Source of the DNA: an uncultured Anaerolineae bacterium
GTDB taxonomy: Bacteria; Chloroflexota; Anaerolineae; JACIWP01
Direction of reading: 5' to 3'
NCBI GenBank assembly: GCA_938049385.1
Contig: CALIBQ010000038.1
Span: 33,974-97,973 of the forward strand
DNA length: 64,000 nucleotides
A program made the translations under genes and the position numbers. The number at the start of each line of letters is the position of its first letter. Position 1 is the stretch's first letter. The notes beneath the pieces are model-generated. The model was given only the letters and a program-made list of their open reading frames with translations, was not told the DNA's origin and searched no databases. Of the stretch, positions 55,042 to 64,000 are shown piece after piece.

Positions 55042-56168
55042 GGCTTAAAGGCGTCTTTGAATCGCTCAAAGATGTTTTTGCTGTTCTGTGGGATGACCGG
55101 TTTGCCCAAGGTCTTGCCCAGCTCTTCCAGCAGTTCTTTCTGACGAGCGGTCAGCTTGGTCGGTGTGACCACACGAGCGACGATGACCAGGTCGCCGCGC
55201 CCGTTGCGGCGCAGGTGGGGCACGCCGCGGCCTTTGAGGCGGAAGATATCGCCGGTCTGGGTGCCGGCCGGCACGGTGAAATCTTCCTCCCCTTCCAGGG
55301 TGGGGATGCGCACCATATCGCCGAGGGCCGCCTGGGCGAAGTTGAGCGGAAGCTCCAGGATGATATCATCCTCCTGGCGCTGGAATACGGGGTGCGGCCT
55401 GACCGTCAGCACGACATAGAGGTTGCCGGGCGGCCCGCCGTATAAGCCGGCCTCGCCCTCGCCGGCCAGGCGGATTTTGGTACCGTTGTCCACGCCGGCG
55501 GGAATGGTGACAGTGATCTTACGCATGCGCTGAACATGCCGGCGGCCGCGGCATTCAGAGCACGGGGTAGTGATGATGGTGCCCTCTCCCTGACAGCGCG
55601 GACAGACGCTGACGGTCACGAAGGACCCCAGGATGGACTGCTGGACGCGGCGCACCTCGCCGGTGCCCTTGCACTGGGGGCAGGTGGTGGGGTAGGTGCC
55701 CGGTTCGGCGCCGCTCCCGTTACAGCGCGGGCAGGTCTCCGTGCGCGGAATCTCGATTTCCTTCTCACAGCCGAACACGGCTTCCTCAAAGGAAATCTCC
55801 ACCTGCACGCGCAGGTCTTCGCCGCGTCGGGGCCGCCGGCTGGCGCGAGTGGAAGTGCCCATGCCGAAGCCGGCGAACAGGTCCTCGAAGAGATCGCCCA
55901 GCCCGCCGAAGCCGAAGCCGGTGAAATCGCCGAAACCGTTGCCGGAGACGCCGGCATGGCCGAAGCGGTCATAGGCGGCGCGCTTCTCGGGGTCGCTCAG
56001 CACCTCGTAGGCCTCGTTGATCTCCTTAAAGCGGGCCTCTGCTTCAGGGGATTTGTTGACGTCGGGATGGTACTGGCGAGCCAGCCGGCGGTATGCTTTT
56101 TTGATTTCCTCGGGGGAGGCGGTTCGCTCCACACCGAGGACCTCATAGTAGTCGCGCTTGGCGCTCAT
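55038..56168 (-). CDS. dnaJ: molecular chaperone DnaJ
   Basis: J domain DYYEVLGV...HPD, Gly/Phe-rich linker, four CxxCxGxG zinc-finger repeats ([32 protein letters not shown]). Confidence 0.95.
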   Translation of the reverse strand: MSAKRDYYEVLGVERTASPEEIKKAYRRLARQYHPDVNKSPEAEARFKEINEAYEVLSDPEKRAAYDRFGHAGVSGNGFGDFTGFGFGGLGDLFEDLFAGFGMGTSTRASRRPRRGEDLRVQVEISFEEAVFGCEKEIEIPRTETCPRCNGSGAEPGTYPTTCPQCKGTGEVRRVQQSILGSFVTVSVCPRCQGEGTIITTPCSECRGRRHVQRMRKITVTIPAGVDNGTKIRLAGEGEAGLYGGPPGNLYVVLTVRPHPVFQRQEDDIILELPLNFAQAALGDMVRIPTLEGEEDFTVPAGTQTGDIFRLKGRGVPHLRRNGRGDLVIVARVVTPTKLTARQKELLEELGKTLGKPVIPQNSKNIFERFKDAFKP

Positions 56169-56228
56169 CCCTGTGCCGCTCGTATGGTGATGATGGGGGC
56201 GGCCCTCGCGCCGCCCCTACGGGTGGAT

Positions 56229-58127
<1,899 letters not shown>

Positions 58128-58303
58128 ATGTGTTGTTCTCCTGAGGTTTCATCTGTAGGTATTGGAAACACCTTGTTGAACAATCTCATCCCGAAGCCCC
58201 TTCCCCGCACCCAGGAAAGAGGCTAGGGGTTGGGGCTTTGCATTTTCCTCTTACATTGATACGAGGGGTCGGGTGATTGGAACCCTATCCTCCCTGCATT
58301 CCA

Positions 58304-58984
58304 TCACGAAGACGATGCTTCTGTGCCGCCGGCCTCTGATACCTTGCGCCGGCGGGCGACGCGCACCTGCGCCGGCCGCAGGACGCGATCGCCGAAGCGG
58401 TAGCCGCGCCGCACCACGCCGATGATGGCGCCGTCCTCGTGTTCGGTGCTTTCTTCATTTGAGACTGCTTCATGATAGAGGGGGTCGAACTGGCCACCTT
58501 CCGCCTCGATGGGCTGTAGGCCCTCCTGCCGCAGGAGGTCCTGCAGTTTCTGGTAGACCATCTGCATGCCGATCACCCATTCATGGCCGGCCAGGTCCGC
58601 CGGCAGGTGGGCGAAGGCGCGCTCCATGTCATCCACCACCGGCAGGAGGCGCTTGAGGAAGTCCGCGGTGGCAGTCTTCTGAAATTCCTGGCGGTCGCGC
58701 TCCATGCGCTTGCGGTAGTTGGAGAATTCGGCTACAGAACGCCGCCACTGGTCGAGATATTCGTCGGCCTTGGCCTGTGTTTCCTCCAACTGCCGGCGCA
58801 GTTCCGCCACTTCCCCTGCGGCCACTGCCTCTGCGGCTTCTTCGGTGATAGGTGCAGGCGCGGGCGTTTCGGCGGAGGGGGCATCGGCGGCTGGGCCGAG
58901 GGCCGGCTCCTGACCGAATTCGATCTTCTCTTTCCCGTTATCTTTCACAGGTTCATCACCTCCTGGATGCCAGTCTGCGGGCAC
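58304..58984 (-). CDS. grpE: nucleotide exchange factor GrpE
   Basis: coiled-coil tail then GrpE core (EFSNYRKRMERD...LLPVVDDMERA...GVVRRGY); GTG start. Confidence 0.9.
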   Translation of the reverse strand: MPADWHPGGDEPVKDNGKEKIEFGQEPALGPAADAPSAETPAPAPITEEAAEAVAAGEVAELRRQLEETQAKADEYLDQWRRSVAEFSNYRKRMERDRQEFQKTATADFLKRLLPVVDDMERAFAHLPADLAGHEWVIGMQMVYQKLQDLLRQEGLQPIEAEGGQFDPLYHEAVSNEESTEHEDGAIIGVVRRGYRFGDRVLRPAQVRVARRRKVSEAGGTEASSS

Positions 58985-58987
58985 TGG

Positions 58988-60073
58988 TTATTCCTCCATA
59001 TCGATAATGTTTGCCTCGTTTTCAGAAGGCATTTTTTCTTCGGCATACAGGGAGCGGATAAGCTCGCTGAGCACGTCAGAGACGTAGCGCACGGCGGAGA
59101 TGTTGCGGGCGTAGGGCATGCGCATGGGGCCCAGCACACCCAAGAGGCCGGTAACGCGGTCGCACCAGCCGTAGCGGGAGAGCACCACACTGCAGGCGCT
59201 CAGCCCTTCCCAGCGGCCTTCTCCGCCGATGATGACCTGGATACTGCCCGATGTGGACGCCTCCCGCGAGAGCATGCTGAGCAGGTCGCGCTCTTCCAGG
59301 ACGCGGATGAGCTGGAGGCCGGCTTCGGGGTCGGAGAATTCGGGCGTCTCCAGCACATGGGCCAGGCCGTGGCGGTATACCTCGACACTGCCCTGGCGGT
59401 CGCTTTCCTCAATGAGGTCGATGACCAGGTCGCGGATGCCGGTTTCGAAGGCGTCGAGGGCGGCGGATTTGGCGCGAATCTGGCCGGCGGTCAGTCCCAC
59501 GAACAGGTCGTTGAACCTATTGGAGATGCGCTGGAGCTCCTCCTGGGGCTTGGCTTGGGCCAGGGAGAGCATGCGCTGCATGACGATGCCGCCCTGGAGC
59601 ACCAGCACCAGCAGGACCAAGGTGTCGCGGATGGAGATCAGCTCCAGGTGTTTGTATTGGCCGCGAGAGATGCGGGGGCTGGAGACCAGGGCCGCGCTGT
59701 GGGTGACGTGTGCCAGGACTGCCGCGGCGAGCTTGGCCCATTCTTCCAGGCTCATGCCGGCCTGGTGGAACTGATGGCGGATCATGATGCGCTCGCGTTC
59801 GGGGAGCTGGCTTTCCCCCATGAGGTGTTCGACGAAGAAGCGGTAGCCGGCCTCGGTGGGGACGCGGCCGGCGGAGGTATGGGGGTGCGTCAGGTAGCCC
59901 AGCTCCTCCAGGTAGGCCATTTCGTTGCGGATGGTGGCCGGGCTGACCCCCAGCCCGTACTGCTCCACGACGGTTTTGGAGCTGACCGGCTGAGCGGTCT
60001 GGATATATTGTTTGACGACTAGTCCGAGGACGGTCTTTTGTCGTTCGGTCAGTTCGGGTGTTGTCATAGCCAT
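58988..60073 (-). CDS. hrcA: heat-inducible transcription repressor HrcA
   Basis: N-terminal wHTH (LTERQKTVLGLVVKQYIQTAQPVSSKTVVE), HrcA C-domain; CIRCE operator upstream. Confidence 0.9.
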   Translation of the reverse strand: MAMTTPELTERQKTVLGLVVKQYIQTAQPVSSKTVVEQYGLGVSPATIRNEMAYLEELGYLTHPHTSAGRVPTEAGYRFFVEHLMGESQLPERERIMIRHQFHQAGMSLEEWAKLAAAVLAHVTHSAALVSSPRISRGQYKHLELISIRDTLVLLVLVLQGGIVMQRMLSLAQAKPQEELQRISNRFNDLFVGLTAGQIRAKSAALDAFETGIRDLVIDLIEESDRQGSVEVYRHGLAHVLETPEFSDPEAGLQLIRVLEERDLLSMLSREASTSGSIQVIIGGEGRWEGLSACSVVLSRYGWCDRVTGLLGVLGPMRMPYARNISAVRYVSDVLSELIRSLYAEEKMPSENEANIIDMEE

Positions 60074-60125
60074 TTGGGTGGTAGGGCCGGCGGGGCCGGC
60101 GTGCCGTGCAGTTATGTAATGGTTT

Positions 60126-60152
60126 TTAGCACTCTCTTCTCAAGAGTGCTAA
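60126..60152. promoter_or_regulatory. CIRCE operator (TTAGCACTC-N9-GAGTGCTAA), HrcA binding site
   Basis: perfect consensus inverted repeat read directly 53 nt upstream of hrcA start. Confidence 0.92.
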
Positions 60153-60164
60153 AATTCGAAATAT

Positions 60165-60193
60165 ATAATACCATTGTCTGGCGTGTCTGTCAA
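60165..60193 (-). promoter_or_regulatory. sigma70-type promoter of hrcA-grpE-dnaK-dnaJ operon (TTGACA-N17-TATTAT, minus strand), immediately upstream of CIRCE
   Basis: reverse complement reads cTTGACAgacacgccagacaatggTATTATatatttcgaaTTTTAGCACTC. Confidence 0.6.
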
Positions 60194-60228
60194 GAAACGC
60201 GTGCTGCGGCGGGGGGCCGGCGGGGGAA

Positions 60229-60257
60229 TTTGACGCGAGGTGTAAATTGTTTATAAT
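60229..60257 (+). promoter_or_regulatory. sigma70-type promoter for tRNA-Arg (TTGACG-N17-TATAAT)
   Basis: -35 60229-60234, -10 60252-60257, tRNA starts 7-8 nt downstream. Confidence 0.55.
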
Positions 60258-60264
60258 GGACAGC

Positions 60265-60337
60265 GCGCCCGTAGCTCAACGGACAGAGCGCCTGACTTCG
60301 AATCAGTAGGCTGGGAGTTCGAGTCTCCCCGGGCGCG
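60265..60337 (+). tRNA. tRNA-Arg (anticodon TCG)
   Basis: GCGCCCGTAGCTCAACGGACAGAGCGCCTGACTTCGAATCAGTAGGCTGGGAGTTCGAGTCTCCCCGGGCGCG; D-arm identical to the tRNA-Arg(TCT) at 38920; anticodon loop CTTCGAA; 27:43 is C-T mismatch; CCA not encoded. Confidence 0.7.
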
Positions 60338-60707
60338 CCTTATTTTACCTTGTACCGCCGTATGTAGTACCGCTCTGCCTGTATGCCCCTATATGTGGGC
60401 ATATCCCCCCAAAGGGCGCAGGACGCTTCCCTTGTGATATCCCAAAGATTGCTACACAGATTGCTGTCAGAACATGCGTTCTAAAACACAAAGCCCCGCC
60501 AGGTTTGCGCCTGACGGGGTCCTTGTATACAATACCCCTCGGTCAGGTGCTGTGCTCACCTGGCCCACGCCCCAGGGCGTCCCTTGCGCCGCTGGGGCAC
60601 TGTTTGTCTGGGGGTATTATAGCACCGCTCCCGAAAAAGTCAATACCCTTCGCGCGTCAGTTTCTGACGTCTTGCAGACGATATGCAACGCATGAGCGCG
60701 CAAATTC

Positions 60708-61112
60708 CTACAAACATGATCTCCGCCGGTAGGCCCGGCGCAGGGCGCGCTCCCAGTCCTCAAAGTCGCGCCAGTCCCTACAGGTGCGCACCAGCTCCAG
60801 GCGCACGGTGGGCGGGTCGGGGCGCGGATCGCCGCCCAGGTAGCGGAATACGTCGAAGGGCCCCTCGGGGAAGCCGGTGACGATGTACACGGGCACATAG
60901 GGGGCCAGGGCGTTGTAGGCGATGATTTCCGCAAAGGTGATGCGGTCGTTGGGGTGCTTGTAGTCCACCAGCGCCGCGATGCCGGGCGGGTCTTTCTCCA
61001 CCAGCATGAGATCAGCGTCCGCGGCGTAGAAGCGGGGGGATATGGCCTTGTGCGCCCGCTTGAAGCGGTCGCGCCAGGAACTGCCCTGCAGGGTGCGCTT
61101 GTCATCGTTCAT
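60708..61112 (-). CDS. hypothetical protein (island)
   Basis: ORF 60708..61145; start at MNDDKRT (ATG 61112, GGAGG RBS); overlaps upstream gene by 11 nt; contains DADLMLVEK segment. Confidence 0.5.
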   Translation of the reverse strand: MNDDKRTLQGSSWRDRFKRAHKAISPRFYAADADLMLVEKDPPGIAALVDYKHPNDRITFAEIIAYNALAPYVPVYIVTGFPEGPFDVFRYLGGDPRPDPPTVRLELVRTCRDWRDFEDWERALRRAYRRRSCL

Positions 61113-61413
61113 CCCGCGCCTCCAGCGCACCGTACCAGTCCTCAAAGTCCGCCAGGCGCATGATCACCAGCGCGTCGCTGTAGCGCTGGCCCAGCGCATG
61201 CAGGACAACGATGGGCAGGCGACCGTCCGCGCCCGACACCGCCTGCGCCACCGCCTCCACCAGCCACTTGGGGAGCGCTTTACGGGTCTTGACCTCCACC
61301 GCCAGCCAGTCCGAGACCACATCGGGCCCTGCGCGGCCCGTTATCGGTATACGCTGGCCCCCCAGGTGATCCGCTATCGCCCGTTCCGCTCGCTTCCAGG
61401 CCTTCTCAGCCAT
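61102..61413 (-). CDS. PD-(D/E)XK-fold nuclease family protein (VRR-NUC/Holliday-junction-resolvase-like)
   Basis: start at MAEKAWKRAE (ATG 61413, GGGGAG RBS); motif GRAGPDVVSDWLAVEVKTRK = PD-x7-EVK catalytic signature. Confidence 0.5.
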   Translation of the reverse strand: MAEKAWKRAERAIADHLGGQRIPITGRAGPDVVSDWLAVEVKTRKALPKWLVEAVAQAVSGADGRLPIVVLHALGQRYSDALVIMRLADFEDWYGALEARDER

Positions 61414-61630
61414 CGTGATGCTCCCCGCAGGCCCTGCAGTGCCCAGTGCTGTCATGGGCCACTATGAAATAAAAATGCGCCCCCGGGTGCTCCTGACGAC
61501 TGCGCGCCAGCAGTGCCTGGTAACAGGCGTCCGGCAGGCCGCGGTTGTGCAGGAGCAGTACAAACACCACTTCATCCTTGCCCTGCATACGGCGCAGTTT
61601 GCGCTCCAACTTGTGCAGTTTATCCCTCAT
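61406..61630 (-). CDS. small hypothetical protein (74 aa), translationally coupled to upstream HTH gene
   Basis: ATG 61630 preceded by GGAGGTGAGGC RBS and overlapping the stop of the HTH gene (ATGA-type overlap region C ATG AGG GAT AAA). Confidence 0.45.
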   Translation of the reverse strand: MRDKLHKLERKLRRMQGKDEVVFVLLLHNRGLPDACYQALLARSRQEHPGAHFYFIVAHDSTGHCRACGEHHDG

Positions 61631-62009
61631 GCCTCACCTCCAGTGCTTCAACTATGCGCTCCAGCTTCTCCACCCGCTGGGTCAGCTCCACCGCCTCATA
61701 GACCTGCAGGAGGCGCGACAGCACCGTGTCCGCCGCGCGCAGGCGCAGGCGTGCGTCATCAGCCCGCATGGAGGCCTCCAGCACGTCGCCCGCGCGCCCC
61801 GCCAGCGCCAGCAGGCGACTGCGCAGGTCTGCCAGGGCCTGTTCCTGCGCCTTACCAAGCGCCTCGCAGAACGCGGACTGCTTCAGCCAGCGGTAGAGCG
61901 TCCTGGGGGCAATGCCTGCGGCCCGGCAGGCCTCCCGCCTGCTCCCCGTGCTCACCAGCGCCTCCACCGCCCTCCTCTGCTTTGGTGTAATCGTATCCTT
62001 TTCGGTCAT
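61620..62009 (-). CDS. small helix-turn-helix DNA-binding protein (phage terminase-small-subunit/regulator-like)
   Basis: ORF 61620..62204; start at MTEKDTITPK (ATG 62009, GGGGAGGG RBS); HTH ACRAAGIAPRTLYRWLKQ; C-terminal coiled coil. Confidence 0.55.
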   Translation of the reverse strand: MTEKDTITPKQRRAVEALVSTGSRREACRAAGIAPRTLYRWLKQSAFCEALGKAQEQALADLRSRLLALAGRAGDVLEASMRADDARLRLRAADTVLSRLLQVYEAVELTQRVEKLERIVEALEVRHEG

Positions 62010-62060
62010 TCTTTGCCCTCCCCTACAGCGCGCCCTATCGCCACAGACCTCAAAGGGCAA

Positions 62061-62210
62061 GGAAGTGTTGAGAATGTTGAGAATCTTGAGAATTTCCAGA
62101 AAACTTTTTATTTTCGTTCCTCTTCTACTTCGCACTATACTAACAAAATTTCGACTTTTTCCCCAGATTCTCAATTTTCTCAACATTCTCAACAATCTCG
62201 ACAATCTTAC
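62061..62210. repeat. AT-rich (~35% GC) region flanked by inverted arrays of 9-bp iterons: 3x (G/C)TTGAGAAT left, 4-5x ATTCTCAA(T/C)-like right; candidate replication origin/operator array
   Basis: read directly: GTTGAGAAT 62067-62075, 62076-62084, CTTGAGAAT 62085-62093; ATTCTCAAT 62167-62175, TTTCTCAAC 62176-62184, ATTCTCAAC 62185-62193, AATCTCGAC 62194-62202; ~70-bp AT-rich core between. Confidence 0.6.
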
Positions 62211-62225
62211 GAGGTATCAGGCCAG

Positions 62226-63947
62226 CTAAGACCTCCAGATAGTCCAGAGAGTTCCATGCCCGAACCGCTCTTCTTGTGCCTTGATGCCCGCACAGCGCAA
62301 AGTGCCCGACAGCTCCCGCAGTCGTCTGGAGATGGCTTTGCCGCCGCCCATGTAGGGCAGGTCCGCACCTGCGTCCTGGAGCGCCTGCACGATCTGGGTA
62401 GCGGTGCCACGCAGTCCTTCAGGGGGCAGGTAGGCCATCAGCGCCTGGACCAGCGGGTCCAGGTCAACAACAGACAACTGCTGAGCCATACGCCAGGCAC
62501 GCAGGTAGTGGTCGCGCAGTTTCGCGTCCCCGTCCACTAGATGATGCAAGAGACGGGCGATGGTCTGGAAGCGGGATGGCAGTCCGCTGGGCGCCTCCCC
62601 GCCCAGCGTCCACCGTGCCGCATGGCTCGCAAGGTAGGCCAGCACCCCGCTCCGCCTGTCCAATACCTCGACCACCAGCGCCCCGTCATCAAGCCTGTTC
62701 TCATCGGGCAGATCACCGATGAAGATGGGGATGAGGCGCTCCAAAATGTCAGGGCGATCCGCAAAGCCAGCGGTTCTGGTCGTGATGACGATGCCCGCCT
62801 GAATAGGGAGACTCACCAGCTTGCTGTCGGTGTACAGCTTGCGAGCGGTGATGACGCCGCCGGTAACCGCCTGCGCCAGAGCGTCGTGGAACCAAGCGTC
62901 GGGCTCGGCGTCCAGGTTGTCCAGGACGCAGACAGGGCGCCCCGTCAGGGCGGTCTTGAAATCCCGCTCGCTCAGATGCCCATCCGACGCCTCGCCCAGA
63001 CCGCCCAGAAAGATTTTAGCGACCGCCCGTGCCGCAGTGGACTTACCCGAACCCTTGGCGCCGATGAAGGCCAGCGCTGGCAAAGGCCACGCGCCCGACA
63101 TGCGCGCCAAGAGCCAGGCGATGAGCAGGAGCTTCTGACAGACGACGTCGTACTCGGGCACCTCGGGCGGGGCCTCCAGCGGAGGCTGAAGAGCCCGCAG
63201 TTCCAGCGGATGGACGGGTTCCGCGCTGGGACACCATTCAGGCAGGACGGTATCACTAGCGAAGAGCACCCCATCCGCCCCGTTCTTGAGCAAGGTGAGC
63301 CTGCCATCTGGACCAGCACGCACCAGATGCCGCATCCCGCAGGAGATGTACAGCGCGTCATCCCGCCGCAGAACCCAGCGAGCGAGCCGAACACGCCTGC
63401 CCTCATTGAAGGCCCTTGCCTGGAGGTCGGAGACCACCCAGCGGTATATCGGTTCCGCGGCGTTGAGCCCCGCCTCGGCCAGCATGGCGCGGAAGGCCAG
63501 CGCCTCACCGTCCAGGCGCAGTACCGAACCGTCCTCGGCGATGACGTAGGGCGTCCAGGACTGCGGGTCGTCGGACGCGGTGTCCAGCAGGAGGCGATCC
63601 TTGCGGGCCAGGAGGTCACCGATGGCGCTGGAGACCGAACGCTTCACGTCGCGCGACGTGCGGCTGGCCAGTGTCTCGTGCACCCAGGGTGTCAGGTCCG
63701 CCAAGCTTTCCGCATCCGGCGGTGGATCCTCCGACCGTTCGGGCGTGCGCTCCGCTGATGGCGCGGCTGGGCGCAGGGGGATGACGCGCGGCTCCGCCAG
63801 CTTGGATGGTTCCTGGGGAGGCACCTTGGCCCCGTCCCTCTCCCAGGCGGGCAGGCGGTTCGATCGCAACGCCTCCTGACGATCCCGCTCCTGGCGAACC
63901 ACTGCTTTGGCCAGATCCAACCACTCTAAGGGCGTTTTCTGCATCAC
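62226..63947 (-). CDS. P-loop NTPase, phage/plasmid primase-helicase C-terminal-like (VirE/D5 family candidate)
   Basis: 573 aa; Walker A AFIGAKGSGKSTAA, Walker B-like PVCVLDNLD; GTG start overlapping stop of an upstream minus-strand ORF (GTGATG). Confidence 0.55.
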   Translation of the reverse strand: MMQKTPLEWLDLAKAVVRQERDRQEALRSNRLPAWERDGAKVPPQEPSKLAEPRVIPLRPAAPSAERTPERSEDPPPDAESLADLTPWVHETLASRTSRDVKRSVSSAIGDLLARKDRLLLDTASDDPQSWTPYVIAEDGSVLRLDGEALAFRAMLAEAGLNAAEPIYRWVVSDLQARAFNEGRRVRLARWVLRRDDALYISCGMRHLVRAGPDGRLTLLKNGADGVLFASDTVLPEWCPSAEPVHPLELRALQPPLEAPPEVPEYDVVCQKLLLIAWLLARMSGAWPLPALAFIGAKGSGKSTAARAVAKIFLGGLGEASDGHLSERDFKTALTGRPVCVLDNLDAEPDAWFHDALAQAVTGGVITARKLYTDSKLVSLPIQAGIVITTRTAGFADRPDILERLIPIFIGDLPDENRLDDGALVVEVLDRRSGVLAYLASHAARWTLGGEAPSGLPSRFQTIARLLHHLVDGDAKLRDHYLRAWRMAQQLSVVDLDPLVQALMAYLPPEGLRGTATQIVQALQDAGADLPYMGGGKAISRRLRELSGTLRCAGIKAQEERFGHGTLWTIWRS

Positions 63948-64000
63948 CGACCTCCCTGCCTCCGGCGCTTCTGCTCTTCCGCCAGGCGCTTCAGGCGCTC
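63944..64000 (-). CDS. C-terminal fragment of an upstream island gene (truncated by window end)
   Basis: minus-strand frame ...ERLKRLAEEQKRRRQGGR then TGA overlapping the start of the P-loop gene. Confidence 0.35.
   Translation of the reverse strand, partial: ERLKRLAEEQKRRRQGGR

Larger units (their letters stand above)
60338..64000. mobile_element. putative integrated mobile element / satellite-like island adjacent to tRNA-Arg (partial, continues past window end)
   Basis: ~370-bp non-coding stretch after tRNA then a train of overlapping minus-strand genes: P-loop primase/helicase-like protein, iteron-bearing AT-rich region, small HTH protein, 74-aa ORF, PD-(D/E)XK nuclease, 134-aa ORF; no integrase inside window. 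Confidence 0.45.

Noticed and set aside
58583-60022. 479-aa plus-strand ORF across grpE/hrcA
   Set aside because: Antisense to two highly conserved chaperone-operon genes
60470-60481. GAACATGCGTTC near-palindrome in island non-coding leader as att core or operator
   Set aside because: Not a true palindrome on checking the reverse complement and unique within the window
62541-63758. 405-aa plus-strand ORF inside the island
   Set aside because: Antisense to the P-loop primase-like gene which has Walker motifs and coupled start; plus-strand translation is low complexity

Overview
High-GC (~65%) bacterial chromosomal window, mostly housekeeping genes on both strands; gene content is Chloroflexota-like (long multidomain sensor kinase, NEW3/ABC trio, LysM proteins), but this assignment is uncertain. 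About 58 protein-coding genes are supported. Main housekeeping genes: aspS; an L,D-transpeptidase with LysM domains; rel (RSH); the rpsF-ssb-rpsR operon; ychF; a 1131-aa sensor histidine kinase; a padR + MacB/FtsX ABC cluster; a NEW3 exported protein + ABC-2 transporter trio; obg-nadD; a GH31 alpha-xylosidase-like hydrolase; mgtE; an MttB-family methyltransferase + GntR regulator + M20 dipeptidase; a cellulose-synthase-like GT2; rdgB; and the CIRCE-controlled hrcA-grpE-dnaK-dnaJ-prmA-rsmE operon. Three tRNAs are present (Leu-CAG, Arg-TCT, Arg-TCG). Several sigma70-like promoters and hairpin terminators can be read directly. Points worth a second look: (1) a family of about 6 MITE-like ~170-bp intergenic repeats with terminal inverted repeats; (2) a tRNA-Arg-adjacent, PICI/satellite-like putative mobile element running off the right edge of the window, made of tightly overlapped minus-strand genes for a VirE/D5-like P-loop protein, a small HTH protein, a PD-(D/E)XK nuclease and small ORFs, plus an AT-rich 9-bp iteron palindrome that looks like an origin; (3) a 5'-nucleotidase-like gene interrupted by an in-frame TGA and carrying degenerate catalytic motifs; (4) an Lrp/AsnC-receiver fusion regulator and an aspartate-pocket-less OmpR-type regulator; (5) a tandem-OB SSB without an acidic tail; (6) a long structured mgtE leader preceded by an orphan minus-strand terminator. 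No CRISPR array and no rRNA were seen.
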